A stretch of DNA of 64,000 bases from a virus (lineage: Duplodnaviria; Caudoviricetes), in IMG/VR virus record IMGVR_UViG_3300045958_000007, positions 8,929 to 72,928 of that record; one strand, given 5' to 3'. Positions 53,495 through 62,800 of this stretch are shown here, one piece after another. The translations under genes and the position numbers were made by a program. Each line of letters starts with the position of its first letter. Position 1 is the stretch's first letter. The notes under the pieces were generated by a model. That model saw nothing but the letters and a program-made list of their open reading frames with translations, searched no databases and had not been told where the DNA came from.

Positions 53495-53731
53495 GTGGCA
53501 AAGAAGAACCCAGCGGCGGTGCAACTCGGCAAGCTGAGGAAGGAGAAAGGGCCGCCGCTCAACGAGGTTGGACGGCTCGGGGGGATTGCCAGAAAAGAGA
53601 AGCTGTCAGAGGAAGAGCGGAAATCCTCCGCGAGCCGCGCAGGAAAACGAAGCGCGGCGAAACTCACCGCCGCTGAACGCAAGAGACGGGCGCGTGCCGC
53701 CGCAGCGGCTAGGTGGGAGAAGAAGGCGTGA
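53495..53731 (+). CDS. Small basic helical protein in repressor/cro-like position
   Basis: KNPAAVQLG...GRLGGIAR...RARAAAAARW family pattern. Confidence 0.75.
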   Translation: MAKKNPAAVQLGKLRKEKGPPLNEVGRLGGIARKEKLSEEERKSSASRAGKRSAAKLTAAERKRRARAAAAARWEKKA

Positions 53732-53955
53732 CCATCCTCCGGTTGGCGGTTATGGCCGTCGTGGCTATCTGGGGTGGGGCCATAGCAATCGCCATGCTCG
53801 TAACCCCGATTTCCAAGTCCCGGGCGGCAAGCAGCAGTTCGCGCCTTCGGGATGCCCTGCCTGCCGGAAACCGTTCGACACGTCGCTGCCGCGCAACGTC
53901 GATGCGATTCGCGATGCCTTCCGTTCGATTCCAGAGGACCTGCGGGATCTGGTGA
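53728..53955 (+). CDS. Small membrane protein
   Basis: GTGA coupling; LAVMAVVAIWGGAIAIAMLV. Confidence 0.45.
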   Translation: MTILRLAVMAVVAIWGGAIAIAMLVTPISKSRAASSSSRLRDALPAGNRSTRRCRATSMRFAMPSVRFQRTCGIW

Positions 53956-54013
53956 GCTTCCAGGTTGACGCGGGGCCTGCCGAGGAGCGGAGATGATCGA
54001 CGCCCCCCAAAAT

Positions 54014-54052
54014 ACACAAATGGCCGGCCCTCCGCGCGGGAAGGCCGGCCAT
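54014..54052 (-). terminator. Terminator ending the lysis operon
   Basis: ATGGCCGGCC/GGCCGGCCAT stem followed by TTTGTGTATTTT on the minus strand. Confidence 0.65.
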
Positions 54053-54209
54053 GATGGAAGGCTTTGCGAAATTCGGTCGCTGACTCTCCTAAAGAGGTTC
54101 TTTCGAGAGTAGCGTGTTACGCCGCGATAGAGGAATCGGCGGACTCTTTGAACCCTAGGCGCGCCCTGCGTGCATCAACCGCCGACCCTTCGATTTCGCA
54201 TCGGTGAGA

Positions 54210-54818
54210 CTAGGACCGAATCAGTCGATCCCCCGCCCGATAGGCGTCGGCGAACGCCTCCAGGCCGTGACTGCCGCCGTTCACCAGGCGCCGGGCGGTC
54301 CCCAGGTCGGCGGCGGCGAGCGCCGCCCGGATGCGCGGCTCCTTGGCCTTGAGGAAGCTCGCGAGCAGCCGGGCCGCGATTACCGGATCGTTCGCCAGAT
54401 CCGGGCTCGCCACCAGGTCCACCCCGATTGCGGCGCCGTGCTGCTGGTAATTCGCGCGGCCGGTCAACTGGACGAAGCCCCGGCCGCGGAACCGCTCGCC
54501 GTCCGGAGCCCCGCGGTTGCCGAGATCGGGGCGCGAGTCGTACAAGTCGAAGGGATGCGCCGGAGCCAGCGGGGCGCCGGGCTCCTGGCGAACGAGCGCC
54601 TGGCCCGCCGGCGACGTGTTGAACCGCGAGATGCCCTCGCTCACGGGCTCGAATGCCGAGGCCTCGGCCCGAATGGTGCCGAGCGCCATCAGGAGCATAC
54701 TCCGGTCGCCGAGCTGCGCGTCCGAGAGCGCCTGCAGGACGTGCGGCAGGTTCGCCTCGATATTGCGCAGCGGGGCGCCGGGGAACATCGGAGCGACCAG
54801 CGCGGCCGTGACGGTCAC
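54210..54818 (-). CDS. Endolysin, glycoside hydrolase family 19
   Basis: TIRAE, DLGN, FRGRGFVQLTGRANY and RRLVNGGSHGL motifs. Confidence 0.9.
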   Translation of the reverse strand: MTVTAALVAPMFPGAPLRNIEANLPHVLQALSDAQLGDRSMLLMALGTIRAEASAFEPVSEGISRFNTSPAGQALVRQEPGAPLAPAHPFDLYDSRPDLGNRGAPDGERFRGRGFVQLTGRANYQQHGAAIGVDLVASPDLANDPVIAARLLASFLKAKEPRIRAALAAADLGTARRLVNGGSHGLEAFADAYRAGDRLIRS

Positions 54819-55027
54819 CGCAACGCCTCCGCGTACTCGCCGAGGGCATCCGCGTAGTCCCGGAGCGCCGCACAGAGTGCGTCCTTACTCCGGTTGCCCT
54901 CGCACGCGACCAGGAGGGTAGTGATGGTCGCCTCTGCGCAGCCGCTATCGCGCAGGCGCCCGGCGAGCCGCTGGGCCGCTTCGTCGAGGCGGTCCGCCGC
55001 CCGGTTGAACCGTTCGCCGTCCATCAT
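54815..55027 (-). CDS. Small helical protein in lysis cassette
   Basis: Coupled to neighbours. Confidence 0.55.
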   Translation of the reverse strand: MMDGERFNRAADRLDEAAQRLAGRLRDSGCAEATITTLLVACEGNRSKDALCAALRDYADALGEYAEALR

Positions 55028-55225
55028 CTATTGCTTCCTCCGGTACATGAGGTAGCCGGACCAGAGCAGGGCGAACGCCGCCGCGATCTTGACCAGCTCG
55101 CCGTGCGGCACCGCTTCCCAGCGGACCGAGGCAAGCAGGCTCATTCCGGCCGCGCCGCCGGCGCCGGTCGAGAGCACGTCCGCGATCTTGTTATGGCTGT
55201 TCGGGTCCACGGGGGAGGGCGTCAC
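55028..55225 (-). CDS. Putative holin
   Basis: 65 aa, hydrophobic segments, basic C-terminus YRRKQ, next to endolysin. Confidence 0.55.
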   Translation of the reverse strand: MTPSPVDPNSHNKIADVLSTGAGGAAGMSLLASVRWEAVPHGELVKIAAAFALLWSGYLMYRRKQ

Positions 55226-55803
55226 CTGGAGCCCCCGAAGCTGTAGAAGGCCATGAACTCGGGGCCCATCTGCAGGCTGCTATTGGTGCCCGTGACCGAC
55301 GCCGGGAGGGTGGTGCCGGTGGCGCGGAGGATCGGCATGAGAAACAGGTGCGGGGCGGGCTGGAAGGCGAGGAATACTCCAGTCGAATAGGCCAGAGCGT
55401 TGGCTCCGGACGGGGGCGCCGATTGTGTGTTGGCGAATCCGCCGTCGACCAGGAATCCGAGGAAGGCTTTGCCGCTGGCGCTCTGCGCGGCGACATAGGC
55501 CATGCCGGTGCGGATGCTGGTGGGCAAGTAGGTCTTAGTCCCGTTGGCGGCGAGCTGCGCGCCGGCGAGAGGGGTCGAAAAGGTGTTCCACCAATACCAG
55601 CTCGAGCCGCTGCCGAGCTGGACCGCAAGCGAGGTCACATTCGAGAGGGGTACGCTGGCGGCGCGATCCCACTCGACGCCGGTGCCAACGAGATAGGGCG
55701 GGAGGCTGGCGGTCGAGACGTTGGAGACCGGGAGCTGCGGCGCGGGGGCCTGTGCAAGTGCGGACACCGCCGCGAGAGTTAGCGCGAGAGTCAGTTTCAT
55801 CAT
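55222..55803 (-). CDS. Secreted, possibly outer-membrane beta-barrel protein
   Basis: MKLTLALTLAAVSALAQ; amphipathic strands ending PEFMAFYSF. Confidence 0.65.
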   Translation of the reverse strand: MMKLTLALTLAAVSALAQAPAPQLPVSNVSTASLPPYLVGTGVEWDRAASVPLSNVTSLAVQLGSGSSWYWWNTFSTPLAGAQLAANGTKTYLPTSIRTGMAYVAAQSASGKAFLGFLVDGGFANTQSAPPSGANALAYSTGVFLAFQPAPHLFLMPILRATGTTLPASVTGTNSSLQMGPEFMAFYSFGGSR

Positions 55804-55822
55804 GTGCGTTTTCCTTTGGGGG

Positions 55823-56518
55823 TTACCAGAACAGGGTGATGACGCGGGCAGCGGCGTAGGCCGGACCCAGAATCCGCTCGTACCAATGCTTGGGTCTGGC
55901 GATGGCGTCCGCCTCGCGGCGGGCGTCGTCCGCGATCGCTACCGCGGACTCCGCAATCTTCGGGGTAGCGTCCTTTACGCTCCGCATCGTCTGTGCGGTT
56001 TCGCCGAGCGTGACCTTGGCCGCGGCGGTGAGGCCCAGGACTTGCGCCGGCAGAGCGTCCCGGCGGAGCAGGATCGCGGAGGCCTCGTCGGCGTGCGCCG
56101 TGATGCTCGCGGCGTGGTCGAGCGTAGGCTTGAGGTCCTGGTGTATCTCGGCCACCGTCTCCGCCACCTCGCTCACGGGCGCCGCAGCCATCCCTACGGC
56201 CTCGAGGGCGTCCGCGCGGATTCCGGCGAGTTGGCCCGCGGTGTCGCTGCGCCAGGCGGCGATCTCGGCCAAGGCTTCCCTCCGGGTGGCCGTGAGCTGC
56301 GCGTCGGCCTTGCCGCTGATCGTGTCCAGCCGCGCCATGACGTCGGCGCGGAGCTGGTTCGCCTGCCGCTCGAGCAGGTCCCGGGTCTTCTGGCCTTCCC
56401 GCTGCGCCACGCCAAACTGCGCTTTGACGAGGGCGCGCGCGTCGAGCAGGAGGAGCGTGCCGCTCGCGCCGATCGAGAGGAGCGCCGCTGCGGCGGCACC
56501 GTATAGTACTTTCTTCAT
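55823..56518 (-). CDS. N-terminal TM plus long coiled-coil protein (i-spanin-like)
   Basis: MKKVLYGAAAAALLSIGASGTLLLL; heptads; lysis context. Confidence 0.6.
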   Translation of the reverse strand: MKKVLYGAAAAALLSIGASGTLLLLDARALVKAQFGVAQREGQKTRDLLERQANQLRADVMARLDTISGKADAQLTATRREALAEIAAWRSDTAGQLAGIRADALEAVGMAAAPVSEVAETVAEIHQDLKPTLDHAASITAHADEASAILLRRDALPAQVLGLTAAAKVTLGETAQTMRSVKDATPKIAESAVAIADDARREADAIARPKHWYERILGPAYAAARVITLFW

Positions 56519-56547
56519 GGAGTTTTCGGCCTCGCGGGGAATATGCT

Positions 56548-56742
56548 TTGGGAATGGATGCGGCGCTGCTGGTCGACAGTCTGATGCAGAAGTACGGAAT
56601 GGATGCCTACAAGAAAGCGATCGAGCTTACCGTCGCGGCCACGCGCCGGGGCGATCTCGCCGAGGCGCGGAAGTACTCGGCCGTCGCGCACCAGATCCTG
56701 AACCGCCGGCAGGCCGCCGTGCTCCGGGCAGGTTCCAGCTAG
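56548..56742 (+). CDS. Small helical protein on the opposite strand
   Basis: Fills the gap between two minus-strand genes; coding-like. Confidence 0.5.
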   Translation: MGMDAALLVDSLMQKYGMDAYKKAIELTVAATRRGDLAEARKYSAVAHQILNRRQAAVLRAGSS

Positions 56743-56812
56743 GCTCGTCGTAGATCTCCGGCTCCGGCCAGTGGTCGATGAGGAAGTGGCGGCGGGACAT
56801 AAGAGAAGGTCT

Positions 56813-59800
56813 TTACTGGGCGGCGGCGGCCCGCATCTCGGCGGGGCCGATGTGCAACTCCCGCAATCGGTCGAGGAGGTGCTGCTGGTCCTGGGCGGCG
56901 AGGCGCGGGAATTGCTGCCGCAGCTTTTGGGCGAGCACGGGTAGGAAGCGCTGCCTCTCCTCCGCGTTTGCGGCATCCATGGCGTCGAGCGCCGCGGCTA
57001 CGCCGAGCGATCTGAACCCTGCCACGTCCTTCGGCACGCGCGCCCGCTCTACCGCTTTGCGGATATCGGCCGGTGAGGCGATACCGTCGCGCACGGCCTT
57101 TTGCGCCAACGCGCGCGCGCGTTCGATGTCCCGATCCCGGAGGGCGTCTGTAATCCGATTGCTCGTTTCCTGCCTGTTGATCTCGTTGAGGGCCTCGCGC
57201 TGCTTCGCCAGAAACTCGGCGTGCGAGAGCGTGGTCGTCGGGTGGCTGAAGAGCTGCGGCGCGGCGAGATCCACGATCATGCGGAGCCAGCGGTTCTCGG
57301 GATCGTCGGCATGCGCGAGCACGCCCCTGGTGAACCCGGTGGCCGCCCCTACGTTGGCGAGAAAACCGTTCATGGTGAGGAACGGGCCGAGGAGGTGCTG
57401 CTTCACCCATCCGGTTGCGCCGGGCTTCTGCTTTTCGACCGCGCCCAGCGTCTGAAGGCTCGGTTTGCCGCGGTCGTCACGGAATCCCGTTATGTATGGC
57501 TCGGTTCCCGTGATTCCCACCCAAGCGGTTTTGGCGGGCGGTCCCATCACCGGCTCGACGGCGGCATTGACGGCACCGGCGACGGCCGCGTCCATCATCT
57601 GATCGGCGCTCGCGTGTACCTGATGGGCTTCAAACATTTGAGCGATGCCCAGCGCGCGGGCGCCGCGGTAGACGAGCGGCGAGAACCATTGGAGGCCGAT
57701 GTAGGCGTCACCGTTCGAGGGCGGGCCCCAGATCTGCCGCGCCAGCCACGAATTCCGGTCCTCGGAGTTCAGCCGCACCGCCAGGAATTTCGCGTGCGGG
57801 TCCTCCCACGGCCATTTCCCGGTGTAGGCGCGGTGCGCCGCCAGCCAGAGCGCGATGAGGCCCACGGCGCCGCCGGTGATCGCAGTCAGGGCGCGCAGCC
57901 ACCGGCCGCCCTTGCCTTCGACGGGCATCGGCCCGCGGCCGGTCCAGGCATTCACTCCGTTGCGGACCATCGTGCTGCCCGCGGTATAAAACGGGCTCCA
58001 GCCGCTCTCCTTCAAGCTACGCTCGATGCGGCCCTGCAGCGCCCGGGTATAGTTGCCGAGCTGGTTGACGAAACGGTACATCTCGCGGGGGGTCGCGCCG
58101 GGGTTGATTGCCTTCGCCGTGCGGTACATCAGCAGGCGCGCGCGAATGTCGACGCCGCGGGGGCCGTACAGGAATGGGCCGAACCCGCGCTCGAGCTTCG
58201 CCCCGGTCTGTTCCGCAAACTCCCGGCTCTTCCGGAACCAGGCCGAGGCCACGGCGCCGTACTTTTCGGGGATGAGGCCGAGCTTCGCCATTTCCGCAAT
58301 ATCCCGCGCCGCTTCTTCGTTGGTCGGGTCGGTATTGATGAGGTGCAGAATCGCCGCCGCGCGCTTAGTGAACGGCAGATTGCCGGCGGCCTTCGCGGCG
58401 AGGCTGCGGCCGAGGAACGGCGTATTCGCCACCAGCGTCCCGATGAGATTCGACGAGTGGATTACCGCGTCGAGCGGGCCGGCGAGCGTGAATTTGGTGA
58501 TGCGCCCGATCAGACTCTTGGGGTCGGACAGGTTGAGGTGGCGCTTATCGAGGATCGGCCGCAGCTCCTCCTCCAGCCACGCCGGGATAACGCCTCTGCC
58601 GGCGGGGAGGTGAACCGTACCGTTGGGAGTAATGAGGGTGCGGTCGGGGTGCGTCTCGATCGTGACCCCCTGATACTCGACGCCCCGCCAGGTGATCGTA
58701 TCCGGCGCCTCCTCCCCCTGCTTTACCTTCCGCAGCAGTCCCGCCTTGTGCAGAGCTTCGATCAGGGCGGCCTTATTGTTCACCCGGAAGGCATTTCGGA
58801 TGCGGTCATTGAATGCCTCCATCGAGGGGTCGTAAGCCTCGCCGTGGCCGGTGGCGAACATATTGGCGATGTTGCGCGGCTTGCGGTAGGGGACGGCGCG
58901 CCCGCTGCGGCCGGGAGCCTTGTGGGCCTCCTCTCCTTCCTCATCGAGCCGGATCAGCGGGTAGTAAGTCTTGAGCGGGCCCAGCGCATCGCTGAATACG
59001 CCCTCGTTCTCCTCGTGGTTGCGGGCGACCGGATCTTCGAGCAGCCGCTTATAGACATCGAGGCCGCGGGCGAACCCAGGGTTGCCGGTGATGTCGTCGA
59101 ATTCATCATCCGGCATCATCTCGGCCACGCGATCGGCCGCCCGGTTAAAGGTGTCCTCCAGGAAGGCGCGCAGCCCGTCGAAGTCCTCGCGTTCGAGCAG
59201 CGCCGCGGCGGTGATAGCAGGGGACTCCAGCGGCTCTCCCACGCTCTCCTCATGGATGGCCTTGAGCACCGGCGCCAGCCACTTCCCGAAAGAGTCGTGG
59301 AGGTCCTCGTCGGTCGACTCGATCGCCCCCTCGGCCATGTTCTGCCACCGCTCCCGGATGCCGCGCAGCCGGCTTTCGATCAGGGCGCGGCGGAAGTCGA
59401 GCCAGGAGGGGCCGTCCTTGCCGAGCGCCTCGACGATCCGGGGCACGGACGCGCGCACCAGGGCCGAGGTCTGCGCCCGCGAGGTGGCGGCTTTGACGGC
59501 TTGCGCGTGGACGCCGGGATGGGCTTTCTCCAGTTGCGAGAGGTTGCGGACGTACTTATCTTTCCAGGCCCCGAGGCCGGAGTAACTGACCTTGGCTTCG
59601 TCGTCGTGCCTTCGGTTCAGATTGCGGTATAGGTCGCGGGCGGCGGCGGCTACTCGCGAAGTGCCGGTCTCGTCTTTGAGGAAGTCGCGGGCCGGATTGA
59701 CTTCGGGTTTCTCGGACGCGATATTTGTATTGGAGCGGCCACCTGCGGACGGAGGAGCCTTGTCAGTCCGTCCCTCGCCCGGGTGAGATCCAGGGATGTC

Positions 59801-62800
59801 CGTCGTCCCCTTGGTAGTAGGCGGCTGCTCCCCTTCCTTTAGCGCGTGATAGAACTGTCGCGAAACGGGTCCGAACGGCCCTATTTCTTCGGCTTCTCTG
59901 GCTGCGAGAGTGCCCGGCTGCTGCCCGGAAACATCTCGTCCAGTTTCTTCTGCAGGGCTTCCTCGTCCCCCTCCTGGGCTGACTTCACCAGGTCTTGCAT
60001 GTTGCGTTTCGACTCCGCCAGCTCCGCCGGGGAGAGTTTCGTCTTTGAGGACCGACTCATAAATTTGATTGACGATGGTAGCAGCCTTGGCACCGTTCTG
60101 CCCCACCAGCCCCTTTACATAGGCTTCCGCCAGGTCGCGCGCTTCCTGCGCGGTAAGCCCTAACTCCTGCCAGCGCCCCGGCCGCATCAGCCGAACGCCG
60201 ATCTCGGCCACGATGATGGCGCGGTTGTGCTCGTAGAACGGCGATTGGGGGTTGAGCTTCGGGTAGCCGATCCGCCGGAGGGCCTCGTATGCCTTCTGGC
60301 CGGCGGCCGTTTCGACTACATGCGCCGGCAGGCTTCGCAGTCCCTTGGGCAGCTCCATCTGCTGCGCGTGATCGTACTCCTCCTCGGCGACTCGCTTGAG
60401 AACGTGGTCCGGGATGCGCGGACCCGCCTGGACAACGATCAGGGGCGGGCGCTTGGGGGCGCGGATGTCCTTCGGGTGCGTAAACAACGGCTGGGGGTTG
60501 TGCGGGTTGTCCTGCGCCTGGCGCTCGAAGTGGGCATCGATCCCGAGCGCCTTTGCGATCTGGTTGGCGACGTCGAACAGGGCCTCGTCGAATCCGGGGT
60601 CGCTGTCGTCTGATCTCGGGTTGTGCGCCGCGGCGCGGGCTTCCTCGAGGATGTTCGTCCACTCGTGCGGCCCCAGCACGGTGCCGATCGTGTGACGCGA
60701 GTTTTCCCCGAGCCCTACCTGCCCCATGCGCCTCAGCACGACGTCCATGGCGGGAGCGTTGACCACCAGAGCCGGGACGTTGCCGAACTTCCGGGCGTAG
60801 GCCTTGGCTCCGCCCCAATACATTTGGAGCTGCCCGGTAGTGGGGGTGTCGGCGGGATACCCGGGCTCGGAGAGGCGCCGCACGGTCCGCGGGTCGAGCG
60901 AGAATTCGCCGGGCCGGCGCGTGCGCGGCGGCTTGGCCAGGTCGTCAATGGTGACGGAACGCTCGCCGAACAGGTCCATCTGATCCGGCGAGGCGGCGCG
61001 CTCGCGGGCGCGGAGATCGTCGAGGGGGACGGATTCAAAGGGACGGGCGTAGGTGGCGGGGTGCTCGCGGCTCGGCGGTAGCGCAGGGTTGCGCTGCCCT
61101 TCGGGCGTCGACGTGGCCGCCGGCGGGGCCGGTTGTTCGTCAGCGAGACGGAGGAGCCGGTTGATTTCGTGGGTGAGACGGAATAGCTCGGTAGGGGCGT
61201 CCTTCCCCAGCTTGTCGAGCAGGCGGTCGCCGTCCTTGAGTACCGAGCGGAGTTGGCCGCGATCAATGGCGCTGTAGTCGCCCTTGCTCTGCGCGCCCTC
61301 CAGGGTTGTCAGCGCCGTCTGCAGGCGCGCCATGGTAACGGAGGGGTCTTCGGATGGGGTGAGCTGGGTGGATGCCGCTGCGGGCGCGGGCGGCGTCAGT
61401 ACCTTCAGATTGCGCGATCGCTGGGTATTGCCGGCATACGGCGTCCCGTCGTCGGCCTTGATGTGAAAGTCGCCGCGGTCGTTGTCAACGTCGGTAACGA
61501 CACCCTCGCGGGTCTGCCAGCCGCCGCGGCGCTCCTCAAAGGAGACGCGATCGCCGGTTTTGACCGGGACCGCCTTGGTGATCTTGAGTGGGGTGGTGTC
61601 CTTCACCCGCTCAATCGCGTTCCCGGTTTCCTCTTCTGGGTCGATGATGTAGTTGCCCGGCTCGGTACGGATGACGTACCCGTGGAGGGTCTTGCTCCCG
61701 GCCTTCCACCGCACGCGCTTGCCTACAAATTCCTGCGGCCTGGACGCGCCCGGAGCGGCCGGGGGCTCCGTGCCGTTCAGCTTCTCCTCGAGGCGCTTGA
61801 TCTCGGGCAGATAGTAATTGGTGAGGAGATCGGTCCCCGGGTCGGCGGGATCGCCGGTGCGCCCGCGCGCCAGCTCGTCGCGGTCCTCTCGCAATTCGTT
61901 CAGCCGCTCGACGAGGCCCTCGCGAGTAGCGGGGTCGCCGCGGAGCTCGTGGAGCTGGAATTTAAACCACTTATTTGCGGCGAGGATTTCGCGCTCGCGC
62001 ATCTTCTCCGGGTAACGGGAGCGGTCGATATCGCGCAGCCGTTCCCTCAGCTCTTCCTGGATGTCCTCCAGGGTTTTCTGTGCCCTTGCCGGCGCGGTCG
62101 GTTCGGGCTCGGGGGCTGCGGGCGGCAGCTTCGACTTATCGAGTTCGTAATGGGTGTAGTAGTGCGGCGGGGGTGCGGTGTGGCCCTCCGGCACATGGCC
62201 CGGCGGTCCCGCCGCATACCGCGGCGTGAGGACGCCCTCGCGGACGAATTGGGCGATGACGCGCTCCGTGTCGCTCCCGGGAGCTGCCGAGATCTCAAAC
62301 ATTGGCCCCTTGGAGTCGCCCTTGTAGTAAAACTCCGAGGAATTGACTTCGGGCCGCTCGCCGCGCCAGTCTTCGGCCGCGATTTTCTGCAGCACGTCGA
62401 GGCCTCGCCGGTATTCGTCGGGGCTCGGCGCGGGTATCCCTTCCGGGTTGGAGAGCCGCTCGAATTCCGCGCGCCGCGCCTGGTTGTGCGCCTCGCGCGC
62501 AGCGTCTTCCTTCTGCTGCTTCTTTTGCTCGGGGGTGAGTTCGGCCGCCGGCGGCGCTACTTCCGGTTGGGTTGCTGCTGGCCCGGCAGGGGCTCCGCCT
62601 GGAACTGAATTTCCTGCCCCGGCGCCGGCCGGAGGCTGCCCGGCTGGAGCAGGAGACTCCGCAGGAACGCCAGAGCCCGCTGCCTGCCCCCCGGTGAGAC
62701 GCTGAACCTGGCGGGTGAGTTCGTCGCGGATGGCCCGGTAGGCGCGTTGTTTGACTTCGGCATGTGGCTGTCCTTGGGCGAGTTCCCGCGCGGACTGATC

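Noticed and set aside
57101-59632. 843 aa plus-strand ORF
   Set aside because: Antisense shadow of the giant gene in high-GC DNA; no motifs or ribosome-binding site
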